Positions 35,763-46,117 of a DNA stretch of 47,014 nt are shown one piece after another; position 1 is the stretch's first letter, and the number at the start of each line of letters is the position of its first letter. Origin of the DNA: Octopus bimaculoides (taxonomy: Eukaryota). The DNA is taken from positions 157,531,592 through 157,578,605 of the forward strand of contig NC_068981.1 in the NCBI RefSeq assembly GCF_001194135.2, written 5' to 3'. Under the pieces are notes generated by a model. It was not told where the DNA came from, did not search any database, and was given only the letters and a program-made list of their open reading frames with translations. A program made the position numbers and the translations under genes.

Positions 35763-35830
<68 letters not shown>
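35762..35830. repeat. (ACT)n microsatellite
   Basis: Direct reading; followed by long (TA)n near 35900-35975. Confidence 0.95.
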
Positions 35831-35897
35831 TATTCACCGTATACATACAATACCTCATTCATATATATATATATACACTTATACGTGTGAGTATATG

Positions 35898-35979
<82 letters not shown>

Positions 35980-36436
35980 GAAAGAAAAAGAGAGAGGTAG
36001 ATAAATATATATAGCTATAGACAGATAGATAAATATGCTCACACCCATACATCCACACATACCCATACCCACACATACCCATACCCACACATACCCACAC
36101 GCACAAACACCCACTCACACTTATTTACATATTACGTATGGATGCATGTTTTGATAAGCGTATGAGTTGGATACCATTTATACAGAGAGAAACATGCATG
36201 CATTCCGATCAAAACAAAACATTTGTATTGTATGAAAATATTATAGTCCGATCTTGTGATGTTCTATAGCTTCTCGAAACTTCGATTTCATGCTTAAAAT
36301 ATCTGTCACTCGATTTCTATTTTTGATTAAGTATGAACATTCATTCTATCTGTCCTCCAGTCTTTTGTCTATTATCAATTCTGTCTGTCTCTCTCCTTCT
36401 TTTCCATGTGTATGTGCTGAGTGTATCTAAGCATGT

Positions 36437-36491
<55 letters not shown>

Positions 36492-36547
36492 CATAGACGC
36501 ACATGCTCTTCTGTATATTAATGATCGAACTCTGCACGTCACGTGTA

Positions 36548-36595
36548 TTCGTCACTGAGGGGATCAAATCAGGTCGAAACACCGTGTCTAGCGAA
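36548..36595 (+). ncRNA. Degenerate minimal type I hammerhead ribozyme fold (Penelope-like)
   Basis: TTCGTCA-CTGAGGG-GATC(AAATCA)GGTC-GAA-ACACCGTGT-C-TAGCGAA. All three stems are present, triplet GUC, core A9 changed to G, one mismatch in stem I. Confidence 0.5.
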
Positions 36596-37073
36596 CCCCT
36601 AGCGTTCTGAGCGAATCCCTGTGGTTTCACCCCACCCCCCACACACTCATCGTTAAGAGATTTCTCTAAGATAAAATATTACAGCTAGTATCTTTCTACG
36701 TTTGTATACACAACATAATATTACACTCACCGGTATTCTAGCTGAATATTCTAACGCAAGTGTTGTCATTTCAGTCCTCTCTAAACCTCTGTAACCTCCG
36801 TATGTATTGTCATCAAAATGCAGTATAGATTGACACTGATACTATATATGCACAGCTTTCGAAAACAACCACAAGCTGAATATGATAAGATACTGTTCTC
36901 TTTCACGAAAATACAATGTCACTAGTTATCGCAATCTATACATCGTTTTAGACGATCTTATCTGGAGAACACGTATATAGAATATTGCCAACAACTGTAT
37001 CACAATGATTAAGGCTTCTTAATTAGGGCTAGAGTTATTATAGCGAGGTTCAATTATTCTCCTACAAACATTA

Positions 37074-37325
37074 CGCCCGGAATAGGGGTGCAGGGGATGC
37101 AAGTGCATCACCTAAATTTTGGTAAGGTGTAAAATCAAAATTTGAATCCCTACTTATTTTTTTCGTATTTAGAAAACAGTGCGTAAAAAGCGATCTGTAA
37201 AAACTAGCTTAAAGTTAGGTTTCTTCTCAAAGAACAAAAAACAAAAATGAAAGACAACGAAACCTTGTTCGTAAAACGATTTGAACCTGGGTTTGCACCC
37301 CCTAGCAAACTTAGTTCCCGAGCCA
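37074..37325. mobile_element. MITE-like element, possibly PIF/Harbinger type
   Basis: Left CGCCCGGAATAGGGGTGCAGGGGATGCA...; right ...TGCACCCCCTAGCAAACTTAGTTCCCGAGCC. Degenerate TIRs and subterminal GGGGTGCA/TGCACCCC. Confidence 0.45.
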
Positions 37326-38544
37326 GTGTCTACAAAACTCACGCGCGACCTGCAACGGATGGGAAACCGCTGCTTGCTGCTTCTCATAGAAACGCTGTAG
37401 ATCACACTGAAAAATAATGTATAACAGCCTCCATTCAAGTTAGTAACTATTCATATCTATGTCATACCTGTTGTATTCTGTACTAAAACCTTTCTCTACT
37501 TATTCCTCCTCACAGTTGCAATCACGCCAATGCATTTCCGTCAGACGACAACTTACATTAATTCAAACTGAACATTAACTGCGTAGATCTTACCAGTTTT
37601 GAAGGGTGGCCTGCTTAATAAAAGTATATTTCTTCAATATTTTTTTTCTCTGGTTCCCATAACTTGAACGGCTGAAACGGATGACGTATTTTCAATAACT
37701 TTTTTTTTAGGTTTTACCATTGACTTTGACAAACTTCTTTCAAGAAATTAAAAATATGGTGTTTTTGTTTTAAATCTTATGAGTCCTAATATATAAATAT
37801 AGATATATTAACTTATAACAAAATAACCTAGAGAGAAATATACGATGTTATTTGGAATAATGTGACACAATAGCATCTGAAGATAGGATCTTCGGTTGTC
37901 ATCATTGAACAAACAATGAGTGAAATAATTACCCATTTGATTCAATTTTAATGCTTGCTTTAAAACGTTATGTCAAACTTGTTATAAAATCTAGCAACCA
38001 TATGTAAAATGTGTTATATGTCTGAGCGCACGTGCGTACGTGGGCGAGCGCGTGTGTTTTAGGCTTGCCTCCAACTTAATAGATCAACTCTCATTAAATG
38101 AGCATCATCTTCCTGCAGGCTAATATAACATTAACTATTTAATACTTTTTATAAGCTACACTTCTCAGTTATGTTGATGAGAGCCATGAATGAGTGTTTA
38201 ATTAAATACTAACATAACTTTCTGCCAGAAATATAAATAATATCCTCTATAACAAAATAAAGAAATAAATAAATCTCAGAAAACAGAATTTAATGTAAAA
38301 TAAGAAGGTTCTTTACGCAAATTCACAATGATATCAAATTAACCATAATTGTAAAAGGCTTTCACAAATATTTCTAATTTCCTTGTGCATTTCTTGAAAA
38401 ATAAGATAATTAGGTACACACACGCACATATATTGCACATATGTTTTATTTATTCTTGAACTCTGGGACAAATAAGGCCTCTCACCTGGTTTCCATGGTG
38501 CATAAGTGACCGAGATCACCACATTCTCTTGAACAGAATGGCGG

Positions 38545-38760
38545 TTTGTTGCAGAGTTCAAAGCCAGTAATTTTTAAGGGTAGGGGACAGTCAATTACAT
38601 TGAACTGCATACTCGACTGGTACTTTATTTTATTGATACCGAAACGATAAGAGGGAAAGTTGACCTCGGCAGAATTTGAACTCAGAAAGTAAAGAGCCAG
38701 AAAAAAATGATATTATACATTTTATCCGACGTGCTAACGATTCTGCCAGATAGCCGCTTG
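38545..38760 (-). mobile_element. SINE B, tail type 2
   Basis: GACTGGTACTTTATTTTATTGA...AAAGTTGACCTCGGCAGAATTTGAACTCAGAA...CGTGCTAACGATTCTGCCAG. Confidence 0.85.
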
Positions 38761-38787
38761 CAGACTTAAGTATTATTCTTTTATTCA

Positions 38788-38984
38788 CAAGGCGGTGAGC
38801 TGGCAGAAATGCTTAACGGTATTTCGCCCGTCGGTACGTTCTGAATCCAAATTCCGCCGAAGTCGACTTTGCCTTTCATCCTATCGGGGTCGATGAAATG
38901 AGTACCAGTTACGCACTGGGTCGATAAAATCGATTAGCTCCCTTCCCCAAAATTTTTCAACGTCTTGTGCCTTGAGTAGAAATA
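38788..38984 (+). mobile_element. SINE B, tail type 1, with 16-bp TSD and a deletion in the head
   Basis: TSD ATTATTCT(T/C)TTATTCA at 38772-38787 and 38985-39000. Confidence 0.9.
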
Positions 38985-39024
38985 ATTATTCTCTTATTCA
39001 TGCACTGGTTTCAGTCTCTAGAGA

Positions 39025-39215
39025 CAGAGGTCATACTGGGGCAATGTATTCGGTGTGAACTTGATTCTATCAGCTTTGGTATTTCATTGTAACTTATTTT
39101 GCCAAACGCAGGAATATGACAGGCCAAGTCGATTGGGTAGGATTTGAACTCTGAACGTAAAGGAATGAAGCTAGCAACCACAAAGCGGTTTGTCTGATGC
39201 TTTGTTTCATCAGCC
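39025..39215 (-). mobile_element. Very old SINE B-like copy
   Basis: AAGTCGA...GGATTTGAACTCTGAACGTAAAG. Confidence 0.5.
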
Positions 39216-39319
39216 TAATATATTTTTGAATTTTTATATTTTTTTTACTACTTTCAGCCTGTGGGATATATCAATACCAGGGCACAGACAAAGACTATAT
39301 TCTTTTATTTTTTAAATTC

Positions 39320-39501
39320 CTTTATTTATTTGTTATTTGACTGCGGCCATGCTGGAGCACTGCCTTGAAGGGTTATAGTCGAACAGATCTCAGGACTTAT
39401 TTTTTAAGACATGTACTTATTCTATCTGACGCTTTTGCCGAACCGCTAGCTTAAGGGAGCATAAATCCACCAACACCGGTTGTCAAACGGTGACGGGGAG
39501 A

Positions 39502-39545
<44 letters not shown>

Positions 39546-39700
39546 CGTCCGACGGGCTTCTTTCAGTTTCCGATCAAGGCTTTGGTCGGCCCGATACTAT
39601 AAGTAGAAAACACTTGCTCAAGTGTGTCACTGCGTGAAACTGAACCCGGAGCCATGTGATTAGGAAGCAAGCTTCTAACCACACAGCTACGCCTGCACCT
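39320..39700 (-). mobile_element. SINE A, near full length
   Basis: TTTGACTGCGGCCATGCTGGAGCAC...TTTTGCCGAACCGCTA...(CA)n...GACGGGCTTCTTTCAGTTTCCG...ACCACACAGCTACGCCTGCACCT. Confidence 0.9.
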
Positions 39701-40030
39701 AGTGCGTATATATATATATATNNNNNNNNNNNNNNNNNNNNNNNNNNNNNNNNNNNNNNNNNNNNNNNNNNNNNNNNNNNNNNNNNNNNNNNNNNNNNNN
39801 NNNNNNNNNNNNNNNNNNNNNNNNNNNNNNNNNNNNNNNNNNNNNNNNNNNNNNNNNNNNNNNNNNNNNNNNNNNNNNNNNNNNNNNNTGCATAATGCTT
39901 ATTTATGTGTGCAAACAAGAAAGGCAGAAACAGGCAGAAACAAGGAAAATGCCCCATGTATTTGAATACTATGCAAATATTCTTTTAAAAACTTTTCATT
40001 TAATTTTTCCAAAATTAAATTTTTTCCATA

Positions 40031-40072
40031 CTTAAAGTTGAAAAAGTCTCAATGACTGAAACCGGTACTAAA
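40031..40072 (+). ncRNA. Decayed minimal type I hammerhead-like fold
   Basis: TTGAAAA (cf. CTGAAGA, two transitions)-AGTC(TCAAT)GACT-GAA-ACCGGT-A-CTAAA. Perfect stem II, palindromic stem III, triplet GUA, stem I mostly lost. Confidence 0.4.
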
Positions 40073-40123
40073 ATGCTTTTTATGATAAAATTATTTTAGT
40101 ATTTCCACCTTGACTTATTTTTG

Positions 40124-40165
<42 letters not shown>

Positions 40166-40377
40166 TACATGCGTGTGTGTGTGCGTACTTGCGTGTGTGT
40201 GTCTGTGTGTGTGTGTGTGTGCGTGGTGTGTGTGTTTGCATGAACGACGGAAAATGAATGGATAAATACATAAATGAATTCTTTAAATAATAAATGGGAT
40301 AGAAACAAAGAATAAGTGTGAGGTGATAAATGATGTCGGTACAAGGATATCTCTGAATTGAATAAACAGACGTGAGA

Positions 40378-40740
40378 GAGAGAGAGGGGGGGGGAGAAAG
40401 AGAGAGGGAGAGGTGGAGGGAGGTAGTGAAGGGGTAAGAGCTGAAGAAAAATTGTCTGTTTATTGAAATGTTCGGCGGTAGAAATAAAAAACTAAACGGA
40501 GAAAAGAAGGAAAGTAAAATGTAATATAGAATAAGTGGAGAAAGAAAATGAAGAGAAGGTAAGTAGCAAATAAGAAACGAAAGGAAAAGAAGAGTAAAGG
40601 TCAAACTTAAGAAGAAATGAAGAAGAATATGATGGAAAAGTAGAGTAAAACTGGTGGGAGAAGAACGAAAGAAAAAGCGTTAACACAAGAGGAAAAATGG
40701 AGGAAAAGATTTAAAGTGAAAAGGAGAAACAAGAGAAACA
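40378..40740 (+). repeat. Purine-rich low-complexity tract
   Basis: GA/GAA-rich. Confidence 0.8.
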
Positions 40741-40824
40741 CCTTGGAATTGTCGATGGTATAGTCGTATGTTTATAGTCTGAAAGGCGGCGGGAAGAATG
40801 GTGTAGGTTATATCTTGGTAGCTG

Positions 40825-41000
40825 TCGTTCTTTAACCCTAGGACAACCCTGATTGAGTAGACTTATGATCAAAGGCATTCCGACCATAACTATCCTGTTG
40901 TTTTCCTATATTTAAGGAACATAGGACCTCATTATCTAATGTGTACTTATTATCAGACGATAGGGTGCTTTGTGGGAGATTCAGCTGCTATTTCTTGTGG
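40825..41000 (-). mobile_element. Repeat family D copy
   Basis: CCCTGATTGAGTAGACTTATGATCAAAGGCATTCCGACCATAAC...GGAGATTCAGCTGCTATTTCT. Confidence 0.75.
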
Positions 41001-41411
41001 GATGAGGGGGTCCTTCGTTGGTTCGGCACATCGTGAGAGTTGGAGATGCTGTTACTTGATGATTTGGAGTTGAGATTAACAGCCATTGATATCGCTGGTT
41101 GTGGTATCGTTAGAGATGTTGATGGTGGCGTTAGTGGCGATTTATGGAAGGCGATGACGGTGATGTGTATAGCGGCGATTGGGTCGAAAATAGTTGTTTG
41201 TGTTGTTGGTGGTAGCGGTGATGGTAATGGTGGTGGCCGGGATGTTATCGCAAGTGATGTGCATGCAGAGATTATCCAGCTGTGGTGGTGACGTGAAAGG
41301 GCGTCTGCTGAGGAAGTGAGACTTACTACCACTTCAGGCGAAGAATGAATGAAATACACTGTTCCTACTTCTCACTAGAAGAGACTGTGTCTGTGTGGTG
41401 AGAGGAAGACA

Positions 41412-41939
41412 ACGATGACGATGATGAAGAAGAAGAAGAAGAAGAGGAGGAGGAGGAGGAGGAGGAGGAGGAGGAGGAGGAGGAGGGGAGAGAGTGGGTG
41501 CAGAGGTGGAAGAGAAAGAGGACGAGAAAATAACAGGAAGTGGTTGGGTATTTGCCAGAATAAGACACAGAGGTGGAAAGATAAAAAAAGGCAACAAAAA
41601 AACAAGAAAGAAAGAAAGGAAAAAGAAAGTAAGTAAAGGAAGGAAAGAAGGAAGGAAGGGAAGATAGGAAGAAAAAAGGGCAACAAAAGAATATAGTATA
41701 AAAAGTGATCAATGTATGAAAGACAGAGGGAGTGGGGTGGGACAAAAAGAAGTATATACAGTGGTAGGTGGGTATGTAACCGGAAGTTTAAGGAACTGAG
41801 AAAGGACTGTAATAGGGAGCTGAAAGAAAAACGAAAGCACGAAGGGGGTGAGAGAGAAAAAGTGAGAATAAGTAAGACAGATCGAGGGCGAAAACGAAAG
41901 CAAAAAACATGAAAGCAAGTGAGAGATAGATAGATAGAC

Positions 41940-41994
<55 letters not shown>

Positions 41995-42010
41995 AAAAAG
42001 GAGAGAGTGA
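41412..42010 (+). repeat. Compound (GAT)(GAA)(GAG)n, purine tract and (GATA)n
   Basis: Direct reading. Confidence 0.9.
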
Positions 42011-42049
42011 AATTATTGGATCTGAATGCGTCATTACTTTGGAAGGTGA

Positions 42050-42420
42050 CATCACGTAATGTATCAGAGATTGGTTCAGTGTGAAATGACGTGTTAACGT
42101 GAGAGAATGTGACAGAGCGAAAGACTATTTTAGCGTGAGGGAATGTGCTAGCGCGTGAGCGAGGTGCAGTAAAAAGCGGGAATTTGGTAGCGCGAGAGAA
42201 GCTGTTCAAGTTAGAAAATGCCTAAGTTTGAGTGAATGTGTCAGCGTGAGAAGTGTCAGTATGACTGAATATAGAGTCTGAGAGAGTGTGTTGGTGTAAG
42301 AATATGTCAGTGAAATAAAATATACGTTTGAAGGAATATGACAGTGTCAGAGTATGTCATTCTTTTACAATGTGTCGTTGTTTCAGTATGTGTCAATGTA
42401 AAAGAAGTGGTGTGTATGAA
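42050..42420 (+). repeat. Degenerate approximately 18-bp minisatellite (consensus near AGCGTGAGAGAATGTGTC)
   Basis: Units such as AACGTGAGAGAATGTGAC, AGCGTGAGGGAATGTGCT, AGTTTGAGTGAATGTGTC and AGCGTGAGAAGTGTC. Confidence 0.6.
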
Positions 42421-42800
42421 TGACAAGGGAGGTTAAATGAGATTGCAAAAAGATTAACGAAACTATAAACTATGTTGAATATTCCAGAAATGTAGCCTTT
42501 CGTATGAAATATACATACACATGTATTCGACTGCCATGTTTAGCATGACAACCGACCGCTATAGACTCTGTGTATGAGGCAATTTTAGAGCTAATAGTTG
42601 CAACTGAGGCGGCCATCACAGGTAATTCCGAGATGGAGGGCTTCCAGTGTTACGAGAACTATACTGATGAGCTTCATTATGTTAAAACAGTAGACTGCCA
42701 TGCACTTTACTGGCTTTTGCATTGTATATTTTGTGATAAAGCAGAAGCACCCATGACCACTGCACACACATACACACACACACACACACGCACACATCAG

Positions 42801-42933
42801 AAGAGACCGATAGAATAAGTAATAGGCTTCCAGAGAATAAGTCCTGGGGTCGATTTGTTCGACTAAAGACGGTGCTCCAGCATGGCCACAGTCAAATGAC
42901 TGAAACAAGTAAAAGAGTAAAAGAGTAAAGAGT
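42801..42933 (+). mobile_element. 5'-truncated SINE A (terminal about 130 bp), low divergence
   Basis: GAGACCGATAGAATAAGTA...GGGGTCGATTTGTTCGACTAAAGACGGTGCTCCAGCATGGCCACAGTCAAATGACTGAAACAAG(TAAAAGAG)n. Confidence 0.92.
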
Positions 42934-43239
42934 ATATATGAATTCACAACAATATTTATACTGTTTTCTCATATATTTAACAACACTGTGTCCGAAGACT
43001 GGGCTTGCTTGTGTTTTGCATTTGTCATATTCTTGGTTATAACGTAAAATCAAAGAAGCTATTTAATGCAAGGATTTGAAGAAGGAATCGCGAGGTGACA
43101 ATCGTTTCAACCTACCAATATATATTTATATACCCTTGCAATAAGGTGCACTTTACGTTTAAAGAATTGTTATATCAGCCGAGTTGTTAGTACATTTATG
43201 GTGCTATCGATGATCATAGTAATGTAAAGATTAAAGATT

Positions 43240-43372
43240 TGTGGTGGTGGTGGCAGCAGTAGTAGTTGTAGTAGCTGTAATAGAAGTAGTAGTAGTAATA
43301 GTAATAGTAACAGCAGCAGCAGCAGCAGTAGTAGTAGTTGCAGTAGTTGTTGCTGTTGTTGTTGTTGTCGTA
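43240..43372. repeat. Compound (GGT)(GTA)(GCA)(GTT) trinucleotide array
   Basis: Direct reading. Confidence 0.9.
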
Positions 43373-43454
43373 TGATCAGAAGCATTCCAGTATTGACTAT
43401 CCTGTTTCACTTTTTAGACTTCGTGTATATATAGCTGATGTGTACCTCTTCTCT

Positions 43455-43530
43455 TGAAATACTAAGGTGTAATTGAAATGTGATTTGGTTACTATTTCTA
43501 GCAGGACAAGTGACTATGGAGAGGTTCTCA
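43455..43530 (-). mobile_element. Repeat family D, 5' part
   Basis: GATTTGGTTACTATTTCTAGCAGGACAAGTGACTATGGAGAGG. Confidence 0.7.
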
Positions 43531-43873
43531 CATTGGCTTATGTAATAATTGTCGTTTGAAGTACTGGTGGTAGTACTGAACTGAAAGTAATGGCTTCTGT
43601 GGTTACAATGGCAATGGTAAATGTGTATGTGTATGTGTATGTAGGGTATGTGTGGATGTTTACATATTAGCATAATGTGCATGTATATGTGTGCGTGTGT
43701 GTGTATGTATGTGTGTGCTTGTGTGCGTGTTTCTGTGTGCGCATGTGTGTGGGTGTCTTTGTCTGTGCGTGAGTACGATTGTCTATGTTTGTAGATAACA
43801 AGTGCCTGTGTATATCAAACATAATGTTCATATATGATATATAAATATATTTATATTTTTGTGTGCGAGTGTA

Positions 43874-43916
<43 letters not shown>

Positions 43917-44223
43917 CTGTATGTACATATGTGTGTGTGTATGAGTACGCGAACACACATGTACTTTTATGTGAACGCAGGCGTATGTGTACATGTACAT
44001 ATGTGAGCATGTATGTGTGTGTGTATGGCATAGAAGTGACGTATGTGTGTATGTACATCTATTTAATGTGAGCATGTGTATGCTTATACTTATACATATT
44101 GGTGCATTTTGAGTATAGTAACTATCTGCCTACATACACCAGTCTAACGTGTGAACGAGCGCGCGCGCGCGTACATGTGTATTTGTATAAGTGTAACACC
44201 TCTAAGTCTGCATATGTACGTGT

Positions 44224-44261
<38 letters not shown>

Positions 44262-44476
44262 NNNNNNNNNNNNNNNNNNNNNNNNNNNNNNNNNNNNNNN
44301 NNNNNNNNNNNNNNNNNNNNNNNNNNNNNNNNNNNNNNNNNNNNNNNNNNNNNNNNNNNNNNNNNNNNNNNNNNNNNNNNNNNNNNNNNNNNNNNNNNNN
44401 NNNNNNNNNNNNNNNNNNNNNNNNNNNNNNNNNNNNNNNNNNNNNNNNNNNNNNNNNNNNNNNTGCACACACCACG

Positions 44477-44516
<40 letters not shown>

Positions 44517-44974
44517 CATGTATATATGCTTGTAAAAAGGAGGAGATATCACAGCCGAAATGTAGCGGAGGCGATGCTGGGAAATAAAATAACTCTCGGC
44601 TGACAATGTTTACGTCAGTGTTAAAAAGCGAAACTACTTTTTTTTTTTTTTAAATATATATTTTAATAAGGCCAGTTTTGGGAAGTATGAGGTGTCACGT
44701 GCCGTTATGTCGGGTCTCGTGTATCGGGTGTTGGATGACCACTTAGAAGATAATTTCTCCATTACATGCGCCACATCCTGTCCGCGAGGAAGGATCTACT
44801 CAGGCCTTGTAATCAGCTTCCGGAATTAAGTCTGACTTACTTCAGACAGTCTAAGCAAGTCAAGGATATAACTGTGGATGTAATAGTAATATTTGTATTA
44901 ATATTAGTAGTAGTATTAGTTGTAGTAGTAGTGGCAACAGCATCAGCAGCAGTAGTAGCAGTAGTAGCAACAAA

Positions 44975-45199
44975 AATAATAATCTTTTCTACTATAGGCA
45001 CAAGGCCTGAAATTTTTTGGGGGGTGGGGGGTGGGGAGTAAGTCGATCACATGGACTTGACTGGTACTTATTTTATCGATCCCGAAAGATGAAAGGCAAA
45101 GTCAACCTCGGCAGAATTTGAATTCAGAACGCAAAGACGGACGAAATACCGCTAATCATGTTGCTCGGCGTAATAACGATCCTGACAGCTCACCGCCTT
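44975..45199 (-). mobile_element. SINE B, full length, flanked by (AAT)n
   Basis: Tail AATAATAATCTTTTCTACTATAGGCACAAGGCCTGAAA; head ...CAGCTCACCGCCTT. Confidence 0.92.
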
Positions 45200-45885
45200 A
45201 ATAATAATAATNNNNNNNNNNNNNNNNNNNNNNNNNNNNNNNNNNNNNNNNNNNNNNNNNNNNNNNNNNNNNNNNNNNNNNNNNNNNNNNNNNNNNNNNN
45301 NNNNNNNNNNNNNNNNNNNNNNNNNNNNNNNNNNNNNNNNNNNNNNNNNNNNNNNNNNNNNNNNNNNNNNNNNNNNNNNNNNNNNNNNNNNNNNNNNNNN
45401 NNNNNNNNNNNNNNNNNNNNNNNNNNNNNNNNNNNNNNNNNNNNNNNNNNNNNNNNNNNNNNNNNNNNNNNNNNNNNNNNNNNNNNNNNNNNNNNNNNNN
45501 NNNNNNNNNNNNNNNNNNNNNNNNNNNNNNNNNNNNNNNNNNNNNNNNNNNNNNNNNNNNNNNNNNNNNNNNNNNNNNNNNNNNNNNNNNNNNNNNNNNN
45601 NNNNNNNNNNNNNNNNNNNNNNNNNNNNNNNNNNNNNNNNNNNNNNNNNNNNNNNNNNNNNNNNNNNNNNNNNNNNNNNNNNNNNNNNNNNNNNNNNNNN
45701 NNNNNNNNNNNNNNNNNNNNNNNNNNNNNNNNNNNNNNNNNNNNNNNNNNNNNNNNNNNNNNNNNNNNNNNNNNNNNNNNNNNNNNNNNNNNNNNNNNNN
45801 NNNNNNNNNNNNNNNNNNNNNNNNNNNNNNNNNNNNNNNNNNNNNNNNNNNNNNNNNNNNNNNNNNNNNNNNNNNNNNNNNNNNA

Positions 45886-46083
45886 AATACATAACAAAAA
45901 CACCAGGACTTACAAATATATATAACATACAGAAAATTGCACTACTGGGTACTGCACACATTCTACGCAAAACACTTTCAATACAGTAAACATAAGAGCA
46001 CCACAGCAAACCACAGCACATACCCAAGGCGCACAGAGCTGCGCTCGGTAGTGAAGTGAAAGCACGTTATAAAAATAAAACTA

Positions 46084-46117
<34 letters not shown>
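45886..46117 (+). mobile_element. 3' end of an R4/Dong-like (restriction-like endonuclease) non-LTR element with (AAT)n
   Basis: YITKTPGLTNIYNIQKIALLGTAHILRKTLSIQ* (stop 45987-45989) matches the QKxxLLGTAxILRK C-terminal motif. About 100-nt 3'UTR, then (AAT)n; upstream part lies in gap 45212-45885. Confidence 0.8.

Noticed and set aside
41040-41291. 83-aa ORF rich in G/V/D
   Set aside because: Cryptic (GGT/GAT/GTT) trinucleotide simplicity, no splice signals or homology.
42655-42705. CTGATGAG...AAAACAGTAGACTG hammerhead-like string
   Set aside because: The core is intact, but G12 and U16.1 are absent and stem I does not pair.
747-46027. Long ORFs in the six-frame track (YIYI, HTHT, VCVC, MYVC, poly-X, poly-L/I/R)
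   Set aside because: They are translations of microsatellites and N gaps.
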